Positions 38,394-50,777 are shown, counted from the stretch's first letter. The stretch is 64,000 nucleotides of DNA from Sarea resinae (GCA_026026165.1 JAPEUD010000005.1:558001-622000); one strand, 5' to 3'. A program made the numbers and translations. Notes: generated by a model not told the origin, from the letters alone.

Positions 38394-39107
38394 ATGATGA
38401 CTGCCCCCAGTAGGCGGATCGTCTCTGGCGACGTTGCCGACCTTTCGAACGACGAAACCTCATGTCCCCGATCATAGGCCAGAAGCGAAAAATGTCACCG
38501 GCTACGTTGACGCCGCTGTCGACGCCTTCCCCTTGATCTGTGTCATCTTCTTCAAACAACTCGATCAGTTCTCAGGATTTTCGGGCTACGTCCATATTCA
38601 AGGAGACTAATACAATCGAAGCGCCTGCAAATCTTTATAGCCCGGAAACATACGAGTTTCATCGAATTCGATCAGCCTACTGCGGCAATGCCCTGGGACG
38701 AAGTCCTGAGCGAAGGGGAAGAACTCGAAGGGGAATTCCTGAGTATCGCCCAAAGCCATATTGCAGAACCGCCATTCCAGGACGCAACCAGTTTTCTAGA
38801 TAATATGGAGAAATACATGCGCTTGTTGGGCATCAACCAAACTCTTTCCGCCGCGATCCTTCTTCCGGAGTTCGAAGATGTGAGGCTCACGGCATGCTGT
38901 CATTACTGGGTAAGACAAGCTGTTGATGGCGGATTTGGGGCCCTCAAGGACCTTGGGGGGAGTACTCAGATGCAGGCTGCCCGCCTTCAACATGATGCCA
39001 AGGTTTCAGATCGACCAAAAGACCAGCACGGGGCGCCAAATGAAGATGGTGCCATACCCACTGTGGCCACAGAAGTTGTCGTATCCTTAAGATCAAAGGG
39101 CATATAA
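38394..39107 (+). pseudogene. Probable degenerate coding relic of unknown family
   Basis: Protein-like ORF 38688-39107. Its frame runs back to an ATG at 38394 through two stops, and a second protein-like frame (NVTGYVDAAVDAFPLICVIFFKQLDQFSGFSGYVHIQGD) overlaps it, suggesting frameshifts. It lies between two LTR-like copies. Confidence 0.35.
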
Positions 39108-39357
39108 TGCTTTGGCGTGCGGGCCATAGACCTCAATGCGCATCGCTGTTCAACCAAGATGCTCACAAACTTAACATACACGCAATTGCAATGCGGCTAG
39201 GGAATTTCAGCCGAGACAAAGCCATCGGCTAGGTAATAGGTAACTAACAGATAGAGCCTCTTCTGTGTGTCATAGTTCTAAAAGACAGTCACTACTAGAG
39301 CTTTATTCCCCTTAAGATATTAAGCTTTATTCTCCTGTCTTTTTCTTCCTAGGTTCA

Positions 39358-39445
39358 TGTGAGGAGCGCTGCGCTATATGGTAGGCAAATAGGCAGTCTT
39401 GTTGGCGCACGCAGGAACAGGTTTGCCTATTTACTGTACCTTCTA
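39358..39445. mobile_element. Short solo-LTR-like element, copy 2 (inverted, about 30 bp internal deletion)
   Basis: TGTGAGGAGCGCTGCGCTATATGGTAGGCAAATAGGC...AGGAACAGGTTTGCCTATTTACTGTACCTT is the reverse complement of both ends of copy 1. Flanks GTTCA / ATTTA differ by two transitions. Confidence 0.75.
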
Positions 39446-40069
39446 ATTTATCTAACATATATATAGAAAAGCTAATGAATGTTTTTATATATGATCATCT
39501 CTTAGGTGCTCTAACATTCTAATCTATCCTATATATCAAGCTCATACCTACCGTTCTAGGACCCTATGATAGCAGCCCTATAAGCCCGCAAGGCATCTTC
39601 CCAGGGGTTACCCGGTACAGACGTCTGCTACTCAGGATTAGGTATCGTCTACTTCTTGGGTCACCAGGGATCGCACTTTGATCCAGTAGAGTGACCTACT
39701 CTCCAGTCGCCACAGTTGCCTACAGCCTCCCGTAGCCTCGCATATCCAGTCGTTCCTGATCAGGAACGTGGACGGGGAACTGGATGATCCCGACTGGGCA
39801 TGAGAAAACAAATAGTTGTATCGTGCCAACCTTGCTTTAACCGCATTTCCGCCGACCCATCAACAGCGCCAAATCCATTCAATCATTCCCCTCCGTCCTC
39901 CACTCAACTTGAAGGACCAAACTCTCTCGGAGCCTCCCTTCTTGTATCCCAGAGGTAGAACGCCGATCCGGTGGGCAGAGTTGCCGGCACGCGAACTGCA
40001 CCTCTTGTGCTTGCTTGACCATCGTCGACCCTTGGAATACTATCAAACCCACCCCTCTTCATCCACATC

Positions 40070-42771
40070 ATGGCTGCCCTCGGCGAAGATCTGCTCGGCA
40101 TCGTCAATAAGCTTCAAGACTTGGTCTTCAACACCATCGGCAATGATTCTCTAGATCTCCCTCAAATTGTGTGGCCCACCCCACTCGCCCCCCGAGCATT
40201 TTGAATTCGGCATATGTTCGGCTACTAATACTGCGAATAGGTCGTCGTTGGCTCACAATCCTCTGGCAAATCATCCGTGCTTGAGAACATCGTTGGAAGA
40301 GATTTCCTTCCGCGCGGTAGTGGTATTGTCACGAGGCGACCATTGATTCTCCAACTTATCAACGTCCCGAGCGAGCGAGATGACAAGCCCGAGGGAGATG
40401 AGGTTCACGTCCCACACACAGCCGCGAGTGTCGAAGGCCAGGGAGAATGGGGAGAGTTCCATCACATTCCCGGGCGACGTTTCACGGACTTTGGCGAGGT
40501 GAAAAGAGAGATTGAAAACGAGACAGCGCGGATAGCGGGCAACAACAAGGGAATCAATCGACAGCCTATAAACCTGAAGATATACTCGCCTCATGTTCTA
40601 AGTTTGACCTTGGTGGATTTGCCTGGCTTGACGAAGGTAGACCTTCTTGCGAGACACGGTGGTGGGCAATGTTGACAGATTCAAACAGGTCCCTATCGGC
40701 GATCAACCATCGGATATTGAGAAGCAAACCAGGACGCTGATCTCAGAATACATTGCAAAGCCGAACAGTATCATATTAGCCGTATCCCCCGCCAATGTGG
40801 ACATCGTCAATTCTGAGGCCTTGAAGCTTGCTCGACATGTTGACCCAATGGGCAGACGGACAATAGGTGTCCTCACCAAGCTGGATCTCATGGACCACGG
40901 TACCAACGCCTTGGACATTCTCTCTGGTCGTGTATATCCGCTCAAGCTGGGTTTTATCGGGGTCGTCAATCGATCGCAGCAAGACATTCAGGGGAACAAG
41001 TCCCTTGGTGACGCGTTGCAGGCTGAGCGAGACTTTTTCCGACATCATCCGGCATATCGAAATATGGCAAACCGATGCGGGACGCAGTTTCTTGCTAAGA
41101 GCTTGAACACGACACTAATGGCTCATATCCGGGAGAGATTGCCTGATATCAAGGCCCGGTTGAATACTCTGATGGGCCAAACTCAACAGGAGCTGGCCAG
41201 CTATGGTGACCAGCAATTCAGCGGGAAAGAGCACCGTGGGTCTTTGATCCTACAGCAAATGACACGATTCGCTTCGTCATTCATATCCTCCATTGATGGT
41301 ACTTCATCAGAGATCTCGACCAAAGAGCTCTGTGGTGGTGCCAGGATCTACTACATCTTCAATTCCGTGTTTGGCAACTCGCTCGAGACTATCGACCCTA
41401 CAACCAACCTCTCCGTCCTCGACATACGCACTGCCATTCGTAATTCTACTGGCCCTCGGCCCAGCCTCTTTGTCCCGGAACTTGCTTTCGACCTCTTGGT
41501 GAAGCCGCAAATCAAAATGCTCGAGATACCTAGCCAACGTTGTGTCGAACTTGTATACGAGGAGCTCATAAAGATCTGCCACACTTGTGGCTCGACAGTA
41601 AGATGATCGGTACAGTGACGACAGGGACAGACCGCTAATCATGGTCACAGGAGCTGTCTCGTTTCCCTCGACTGCAGGGCAAATTGATTGAAGTAGTGTC
41701 AGACCTTCTCAGGGAGCGACTAGGACCTTGCTCGACATACGTTGAATCCCTGATTGCAATACAGCGAGCATATGTCAATACAAACCATCCTAACTTCCTT
41801 GGCGCTGCCGCAGCCATGTCGTCCGTGATTAATGACAAGAATGAGAGAGAGAGGAAGGTAGCGCTTGCGGAAGAAAAGCGAAAGCGTGAGCGGAGACGAT
41901 TGAAGGAGTTGGGCGGTGTCAACGGCACTGAAGCGCCTGAAGAGGAGGAAGATGTGCAAGAAGAAAAACCACAAGGCCTACCTCAGAGAGTCCACACGGC
42001 TAAGACAGCCAGGAGCTTATCACCAGCAATTGGCCGACACCTAGAGAACGGTGTTTCGGGGGCGTTGAATGGTACCCGAGGCGGTCCTGAATTTGGCGGC
42101 CAAGGAGGAAGTGCACGCGACAGCTTCTTGAACTACTTCTTTGGCAAAGACGGATCTTCTATGGTTATGCCAGGCACAGCGGCCTCGGGTATCGGTGCGG
42201 CTGCGGCTGCCACGGCATCAAATAGGCAGTCCAACAACCCCGAGCCAAACTTCTCGCAGAGCTTCCGACGAGGCGAGAGCCGTCACGTCGAGCGCCCATC
42301 CATTAGCCAACCGAGCCAAGATGAATACGGCAGCCGACGGCCCAGCATTGAAAGCGCCCCAGTAAGTCTCAGATTGATCTATAGAGCAACAAGCTACCCA
42401 CGCCTATGTTTCTCGAGAATCTTTAGGCTGACTAATTGACGTTCCCACAGGTACAGAGCGAAGACCCCACCGCTCCGGCACTAACAGAACGAGAAGCTCT
42501 CGAGACGGAACTGATCCGCCGCCTCATCTCTTCTTACTTTAATATCGTGCGCGAGACTATCGCTGACCAGGTCCCGAAGGCCGTTATGCATCTTTTGGTC
42601 AACCACTCCAAGGATGTCGTTCAGAACCGTCTTGTCAGCGAACTGTACAAGGAGGAATTATTCCAGGACTTGCTGTACGAGGACGACGGTATCAAAGCAG
42701 AACGCGAGAAGTGCGAGAAACTGCTCAAGACGTACCGAGAGGCTGCGAAGATTGTGGGAGAGGTGCTATGA
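40070..42771 (+). CDS. DNM1: Dynamin-related mitochondrial/peroxisomal fission GTPase Dnm1, 5 exons
   Basis: [40 protein letters not shown], insert-B motif [11 protein letters not shown] and GED region [27 protein letters not shown]. Confidence 0.96.
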
Positions 42772-43422
42772 GCTGGCAGGGATTGATTGGGTATCTGTTG
42801 GGGTTGTGGGCTTGAAGGGGAGTTGTGAGTGAAGGAGTGGACGGAGAAGCAAGGCATGGAATAGGGTTGTTTGTTAACGGCTGGGCTACTCTCTTCTAGC
42901 AGGCCCCTCTCTTTCCCGCATTTGCACGAGGACTCTTCTCTTCTACTATGTCGGATGTGTCTTCATCCCGATTCCTTTTCCGTCCGTTGCACAAACTTCC
43001 CCGTCTCCTGGAGCTTCTCCACTCCTCTACTTCTACCGTCCGCGGCCCTCTCCTTCTCAGCCCACGGCCATTGTGGAAAACCACTAGCTGTACGATCCCT
43101 CCATTATGTATGCCTGTATATATAGAACGCCCCCTTCCCCCCTCCCCAGCCCTACTTGTCAATCCCGCCCTTTTTATCTAGAAAGGGTTGGCGCCGCCTC
43201 CTCGTGTCCTTTTGTTTTTTTCTCGGTTCCTTTTTTTTCGTTCTTTGTGTTTTTGCTCTTTTTTTCTCTCTTTCATTCTCAAACGTCCTCTTTTCTTTTG
43301 CCGCTCTTTTTTTGGTTTGCTTTTCTTTTCCCTTAGCTATCTGATTTGGGGAATGGATGAACATGGAAATGGAATCGGGTTTTTGAGAAAAAAACAAAAG
43401 AACCAAAGGAAAAAGGAAAAAG

Positions 43423-43540
43423 TGTAAGGTACGATAAATAGGCAAAACCTGTTCCTACGTGCACCAAAAAAACGACTACTATAACCCGGCTCGTCCGGGT
43501 TGTGCCTATCTGCCTACTATATAGCACAGCGCTCCTCACC
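43423..43540. mobile_element. Short solo-LTR-like element, copy 3 (118 bp)
   Basis: TGTAAGG...CCTCACC, colinear with copy 1. Perfect 5-bp flanking duplication AAAAG at 43418-43422 and 43541-43545. Confidence 0.82.
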
Positions 43541-43578
43541 AAAAGGGTCCCCTGTTTTCATGGCGCTGGGCCGCTTCT

Positions 43579-43680
43579 TTGCTCTGCTCTGCTCTGCTCT
43601 GCTCTGCTCTGCCTGGTATGTGTGTATGTCTGTGTCTATCTGTGTGTGTATATGTATGTCTGTCTGTGTGTATGTATGTC
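43579..43680. repeat. (GCTCT)n followed by degenerate (TG/TATG)n microsatellites
   Basis: Direct reading of the sequence. Confidence 0.8.
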
Positions 43681-44261
43681 TCGCTATGAGAGTGCCCGTA
43701 TGATATGTATCACCCTGTGATCATGATCATGGTCACGATCGCAATGGTATAAGATGTGTGTAATCTTGAACAAGGGCGGCATAAAGAGGGAGGATAGATA
43801 GATGGATGTGTATGTATGTATATATAGATGTATGTATGTCATTCATGAAGATTTCATTTGTGGAGTCGGGCTCTACTCGTGCTCGTGCGTGCGTGCGTGC
43901 GTGGACTTATGATCATAGAAATCATGACGGTAGTATGTAGTAGAGAGGTCATGTTCTTCTCTCTTGTCTGTAAACTTGCCGTTTCCCTATGTTCTTAAGC
44001 CTTTCATTTCTCCGTCCTAATCTTTCATTTCTCTATAGCTGAAAGAGTTCTTTGGTCTCCTGCGCAATGAGATCATTCGCTCCCCGCTTTCCCCCCGCCC
44101 GCCCTTTTGCTCTTTCTAGTCCAATACAACAAATGACAAATGAACGTTCTCCTGACCGCCTTTCTCGTTTCCTGGCTTTCTCTCGGTGCTCTTGACACCA
44201 AGGTTTCCCCGCCCAGATCCGACAATGAAGTTCTGCAGCGGAAAGGAGACACAGCTTTAAT

Positions 44262-47200
44262 TTAGTCATCGTCGTCAGGCTCGTCCATGCGCGCCCACAT
44301 GGCCACGCAATCGACGGCTTCTTTCCTCACCGCGCGCTTGGGATCGTCGAGCGCGGACAGCATTCTCTGCATCGTGGACCGCTTGTAGGGCAGGAGTACC
44401 TCTGTGCGCAGGTGCTGCGGGAAAAGACGAAGGGTCCTGAGTGCGGGCGCGCGTACGGTCTATGCGTGGAGGCGTCTCTACGTCAGTATGGCTAATGGCT
44501 AATTATGACAGGAAAAGGCAGGACGGGAGAAGAAATTGGAAATGGGAGGGAGATGGTGGACTATTCGGAATGGGCAGGGAAGGAAAAACGTACGGGAGGG
44601 TTTTCCTTGGCGAGCGAGGTGCATCCGAGAAGGCGCGAGATGAAACTCTTGACGTGCTCTTCGATGCCCGAGGAGCTCAAGACAACTACCACCGCGACCG
44701 TCTCCAACGTCGCCGCCCTCACGCCGGCATCCTTGAGGTCGAGGCTCTGCAGGAGTAGTGGTAGTAGGGTCTCTAGTTCCGGTAAGATCACCTCGCTAGG
44801 CACGTATTTGAGTATCCCCGCGAGGGCGATGAGGTAGTTTGGTTTCGTGTCTGCGGGCGCAGAGCGGAAGGCGGTTGATAAAGGCTGGATGCACGAGTTG
44901 AAGAGTTTCTGCTTGTGGAGGGGCCGAAGGAGGGCGTGGTTCTCGCGGGAGATGAGAGGATCAGGGGCGAGTAGGGTGGAGAAGGCGCGAGCCAGGAGGG
45001 GCCCTGCGGGGGCTGGAGACGAGAGCAGAGTGATGGTCTTCTGGAGCAGGGGAGAGAGAGAAGGGTCCATGCGGTAGGTGAGGGCTTTGAGGAGGGCGAA
45101 GGCGATGAGAATGGATGGTACGGGGGCAGAGGGAGATAGAGAAGTGGTGGTGAGACTGCTGGCGAGATGGGTCGAGGTGGGAGGGAGGAATTTATTGGTT
45201 AGGAGTGCCAGTTGTCGGAGCATGGCAGTGCGGATGGGGGAAATATGTTCGACCTGGGTAAGACGAACTAGCTCGTCCAGGAGAGGACTGAAAGTTTGAT
45301 CTTCGGTAGGATTGTCATAGGTGGGAGGGTGCTAAATCGTGGTATGTCAGATGAGAGGCTTGCGGAAGATGATTAGAAACTCACCTTTCGATCCAATGCT
45401 GCTAGGAAATATGTTGATATAATCATAGTTCGTCTTTCAGGGTCGGACCTTCCTTTGGAGAAGATGATTGGCTCGAAAGCTTCTACGCTGGCATAGAGCT
45501 TCCAAATCTGTGTAGCGACCTCCTTTTGCTTGTCCTCGTCCAACGCACGGACAATGTAATTCGCCAGTTGGCCATGAGCCTCGAGGATAGCTTCGTTGTG
45601 GCGAATAGACGAAGATTCTGATCTGGCAGACAACACGGCGTCTCGCGTCATATTCACTACAACAATGTCATAGTAGGAGAGAAGATTAGGATCACTGGAA
45701 AGATCCGGACGTCGGAAAATGTACCCGAGGGTCGCTAAGATTGCCTGAGCATATTCCGTCGAGGATTTGTTTTCGAAGATCTCCGTCAATTTGAATAGGA
45801 GTCGTCGTTGAATTGTATCAAAAATTGACTTTTCTACACTCAACTGCGCCAACCCCTCAAGAGTGGGAATAAAGAGATGTGCTTGGCCGTCTTCTGCCTT
45901 CATTGGAAGTTTAGCCATAAAATTAGGAATTGTGATGTCTTGAATGAGCACTGGCTTGTACTTTGATAGTTGCACAAGCGCCTTTACGGCCTCTTCGTGA
46001 AGATTTTGTCGCCCACTTAGATCTTCGGTTAACACCACCTCATCGAGGTGTTGGATGATCATGCCTATTTCGTTCTGCTGGAGGAGACCCTTGATGCTTG
46101 CGAGAGCGAGAAGAGCTTGCACCGCAGATATGCGGAACGAGACTTCTTCTTGAGGGGAGCTCATTAGCGCCCGGCTAAATAGTCCAAGTAGACGCTCCCG
46201 AATCTCATCGAAAGGATCAGACAAGTTTGCATGGGGCGCTGAGGAGCCCCAAGTGCCGAATACTATCGCTGCCGAGTCAAGGATCTCGACGAGGATCTCT
46301 AGCAGAGCCCTTTGCTCAGCTATACTAGGAGCGTTCTCATAGAGCAGCAACAATGGGGGGACTGTAGCCTTGACGATCATGTCAAAAGCCATTGGACTAG
46401 CCGTTGCTAGAAATGCTAGAATACGCCCTGAAGGCTTTGCTTGTCTCTGCTGCGGTTCTTGGAGCTCCCTATTGCATTCTTTTAATACCGGTCCAAGATA
46501 CTGGTTTGAGAGCTTCTGAGAGGCTGGCGCCGGACCAGATGTGAGTCGCGTGAGTATCGCGCGTAATGCAATCAGGGTTTCTTCGGCGAGGTCTTCTTCT
46601 TGCATGTTGAGGACCTCGAACTTCAAAGAGTCCCAAAGGGTGACCGAGTAATTTGATATAGTTGAAATACTGTACGAGTTCGCACATGCAGTAATGGTTT
46701 GAAGAACGTCTCTCTATTCCAAATCAGTAGAAAACAAAGACAATGCGAACGAGACAAACCTTAACGTTGGTAGAGGTAGAATCTAGCTTGTCTATCAGGG
46801 CTGGAAATGCGTATGGAGCAAAGCGAGTTGTTGAAGCAATGCATTCTCGAAGTCTATCTTTCAAATCCTGCGCAGTTATGCCGTACGGGTCATCCGGAGG
46901 CGGCCTGAACGTGATCGGGAAATAGCAAAAGACGGAATCGAATAGGGTCTTAGATATTTTAGCATTGTAAACTCAATCAGTCGAGCCTTTGTCCTACCTC
47001 AGTATAATTGGAAATATCCCACTCAACCATTATAACTTTGAGAACAGAGAAAACAATCATGAGATTACGTGGATCCTTTTCCCCACTTGCTATGTCGGTA
47101 ATTCCAACTAAAGACTGATCGCCCAAGCTTTTGAGTGCTGAATCTGTGAGCTTGACGACTTGACATGCCATTAGTGTACGTACCTTGTCTATGGCTTGAC

Positions 47201-47923
47201 ATAAGCTGATCAATAAACGTGTAGACAAGAAATCTCTCTCCTTGAGAAAAGCGCGGAACCCTTTCAGATTCGCCGGCCAATCTGTCATATGGTTAGGTAT
47301 GCATTTGACCCAAGGCCAATGTAGAGATAGGCTGACTTGAGGAGCGTATCTTGTGCTAGCGTCTGGTCCACCTTCCCAGCCCGAAAAAGCTCAATGAGTC
47401 CCCTGATAGCGCTCTCAACCCGAGGTCCATCCTCAAGGCGAGAACAGTACCACGTTGCGAGAGTCTTGGCTGCATATAGAACAAATTCTCAGCAAAGAGA
47501 TTCCCAACGCTGTATCATGGCGGAGACTTTGGAACGTACTCTGCTGGAGGGTGAAGAACCTCGAAGGAAGTGTGGCAATTACGTCTGAGAGGTACGCAGT
47601 CGCTATGAGTCGTTAGCAAAGCCTTTGATTGGATTTGAGAGTTTGGGAGGCACCATTTGCACGGATGGTTGGATCGTCGTCGGTCAAATAAGGACCCAAT
47701 TCTTGGACTATACTAATAACAGCCAACTCTTTGGACTCAAGCCCTGGCACACAGTCAGAATCTATGTGCGACCATGTCTTTGGTGATACGGGCGCTCACG
47801 CTTGGCGGTCTCTCGTGCGATTTCGTGCGCCTCTTCCTTGCCGCTTCTCTTGCCACTCTTGCCATCTTTGACATCTTTACCATCTCTACTGATCGCCAGC
47901 AGGTAGCTCTGAACCTCGGACAT
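44262..47923 (-). CDS. MMS19: MMS19/Met18 HEAT-repeat cytosolic Fe-S assembly (CIA) targeting factor, multi-exon
   Basis: GEKDPRNLMIVF, FCYFPITFRPPPDDPYGITAQDLK, LWDSLKFEV, LRPLHKQKLF, KPNYLIALAGILK, LLPLLLQSLDL and LDDPKRAVRKEAVDCVAMW. Confidence 0.93.
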
Positions 47924-48224
47924 GGTGGCACGAAGTTTCAGATGGCATCAATGAGGAAAGCGCCGTAGATAGAGAAGTTCTTGGTGGGGAGTGTGGAGGG
48001 GAGCCTTCATTTTGGCTCCTCGGCATCCCGCTTGAGCTCAAATGTTTCTTGACGGACGTTACGTCAAACGTTTTTCCGACCGGATAAACTCAAGGTTCTT
48101 CTTATCTTAGCGCCGATCCCGATCAATTCTTTTTGGATCCCAGAAGCAAATCATCCTCATCTGGGCCTGATTGATTGTCTTCGATTAGTTACTCGTGCAA
48201 GTTGACAGCATTTCTTTCTTCACA

Positions 48225-49548
48225 ATGGCATCTACGGCGGAACATCCCCCTTCGTGCAAGGTCGTGCTCGCTGGCACGGTCGCAAAGACACTGTTGGCCG
48301 AAGTCCATCAAGGGCTATCAAAATTGGACAAGGCCCCGTTGCTGGTAGGCTTTCTGGCGAACAAAGATCCGGCCGCCCGAATGTACGCAGATTGGACTAT
48401 GAAGACGTGTACAGAAAAGTAAGAATTCTTGCTGATGCTTACTCAAAGCACTGTTCCAAACGCGTAATTTCTTTGCCGCCTTTGTTGTCAACAAACTGGT
48501 TTCTTATGCCATTGACCTGCTTTTACTTCCGGGGTTACTATTATTTGTCTGCTGACCCCCGCATCGTGGTTTCGTCTTGTCGATTACCTTTGATTTTGAT
48601 GCAAACGTTTATATCTAATTCTCGATCTTCAGCGGCTTCCGTTTTGAGCTCCGAGAAGTCGACCGGGAAGAACTAGAAGAACACCTCTTAACGGCCAACG
48701 CCGACACTGCCGTTGACGGCATCATAGTCTACTACCCTATCTTTGGTAACAGGCAGGACCAATATCTCCAGCAGATCGTCGATGTCAGCAAGGACGTCGA
48801 GGGTCTCAGCCACCGCTATATCTTCAATATGTACCAGAACATTCGCTTCCTGGACGAGCAGAAGCTGCAGAAGAGCATTTTGCCCTGCACGCCTCTGGCC
48901 GTCATCAAAATTCTTGAACACTTGCAGATCTATAATTCGATCTTGCCTTATGGAAATCGACTTTTTGGTCATACCATTACTGTCGTCAATCGTTCGGAGG
49001 TTGTGGGACGGCCACTTGCGGCCTTGCTGGCCAATGATGGAGCTTGTGTTTATTCTGTTGATGTGACAGGAGTGCAGCAATTTACAAGAGGGGAAGGCAT
49101 CAAGAAGAGAAGGCATGAAGTTATCGAGAAAGACGGATGGGGCCTGGAGAACTGTGCTCCGTTAAGCGATGTAGTCATTAGCGGAGTACCGGGGGATAGC
49201 TACAAGTTCCCGATCAATCTGTTAAGGGATGGCGCTGTCTGTATCAATTTCTCAAGTGAAAAGGTAATATTCGCATGCATGTGTTCTGTTCGGATCGACT
49301 AACAGTTGGTAGAACTTTAGCCCTGAGGTGAAGGAGAAGGCATCGATCTATGTTCCGGCTATCGGCAAAGTCACTATTGTCGTCTTACTCAGGAATTTGC
49401 TGGTGAGTACTCCGATAAACAATCCGTCTCAATCTACTTGCTGATGCCTGGACAGAGGAATGTACAAAATCGTAAAGGGGCTGCTATTCAACCGGCGTCT
49501 GCTGTAGAGCGGCCGGGATCTCTCGAAGAGGCGGCTCCCGCAACTTGA
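48225..49548 (+). CDS. MTD1: NAD-dependent methylenetetrahydrofolate dehydrogenase, 4 exons
   Basis: LVGFLANKDPAARMYADWT, VDGIIVYYPIFG, KDVEGL, SILPCTPLAVIKILE, VVNRSEVVGRPLAALLANDGA and GKVTIVVLLRNL. Confidence 0.94.
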
Positions 49549-49687
49549 AGCTAATAGCTTTCCCCAGAGTCCCATGAAATAAGGGTCGCTTGGAGTGATC
49601 ACGAGTTTTGATAGCTATGATATCAGAAACACCAAGTCCGCCATTACCGAGACCTAACGCCAGAAAAATGTTTCCGAAATTCAGCTC

Positions 49688-50777
49688 TTAGTGCTTCGTT
49701 CGTTTTGGAGTTTCCTCCGCCTCCACCTCCTCCTCCTCCTCAACTAGCGTTGCATCGTCACCCTCGTCGGCTGCTACACCTCTTCCTCTCTTCAAACCCT
49801 TCATTTTCCGGGTCTGCAGATCACCCAAGTCCTGCCTTCCGAGATGTATCCTACCCATCTTGTCACCGACGATGTCCGTCTCGACGTTCTTCTTCTGTTT
49901 AGGCTAGATAGACATGTATTTAGTACACGTATTCATCTTTGCATGGACTCAGGAACACTCACCTCTAATTGCTTAGGCCTCTTCAAAGCCTCCTTCATCA
50001 TTGCCTCGTCGGCCTCTTTGATCCTTCCGACCCTAAAATCCATCCTTGGGCCCATCTCCTCCACTTCGACCCTTGGCAATTTTTGCCCACTCTTCTTCGT
50101 CTTAATCAGGTAAACCCTCAGATGTATTCGCGGCGCCGGCTCGCCTTCTACCTCTTCGCCAGCGGAGATGGAGACCATATATTGCAAACCTTCAACGTCC
50201 ACGGTTTGCGTTTCTTGACCCCGGAAGAAATCAGTGAACAAGCTTTTTGCGAGTGTATAGGCATTTGGCGTTGGTGAATCAAAAGGCGTGCCGGAAAAAA
50301 CCATCAGCGGTTTGAGCCCAACAGCGCATTTGGTATTCTTGAATTGGCCCAAGGTCTTGAAAGTGTCGGGATCCAGATACAGCTCCAACATGTCCAGTAC
50401 TTTGTGGTCGAATGTTCTGATCAGGGTCATACAGTGCGGCCGTTTTTTGCTGTGAGAGCCGAATACCATCAAACTGGCGTCGTTCTTCTCGCTGAAGAAT
50501 TCCAATGAGGACGCATCCTCGAAGGGATGGATGGCATTTTTCTTGGTGAACTTTTTCGCAAGAGGACGCTTGAGCGAATGGAGATCCGTCATTGCCAGCT
50601 GAATGTTCTCACTGCAGGTTGTGCCACGGAGAAAGAGTGTTATTTTGGGGTTTTCATTGAGTTGGGGAGCTTTCTTCTCCAGCGCGCGTTTCGAGCGCGC
50701 ATTGCGCGGTTTACTGTAGGTCTCTATGAGTAGATAGCTACGATTCATTTTATAGGGACTTACATTTGCCGCAACAT
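49688..50777 (-). CDS. RPF2: Brix-domain 60S ribosome biogenesis protein Rpf2, 3 exons
   Basis: MLRQIKPRNARSKRAL, HPFEDASSLEFFSEKNDASL..SHSKKRPH, LPRVEVEEMGPRMDF and GDKMGRIHLGRQDL..LQTRKMKGLK. Confidence 0.95.

Noticed and set aside
38232..39442. Tc1/mariner element with TA-CAGT terminal inverted repeats
   Set aside because: Homology extends outside the TA, a third unpaired copy exists, each copy has its own apparent 5-bp TSD, and no DDE transposase motif is visible. Solo LTRs fit better.
43106..43445. Phe-rich and Lys-rich ORFs; purine tract before repeat copy 3 as a PPT
   Set aside because: Low-complexity T/A-rich 3' intergenic DNA. The AAAAG duplication on both sides argues that the purine tract is target sequence, not a retroelement PPT.
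48419..48632. Long first intron of MTD1 as an ncRNA or riboswitch host
   Set aside because: No recognisable snoRNA boxes or TPP aptamer motifs by eye. An Rfam search would be needed.
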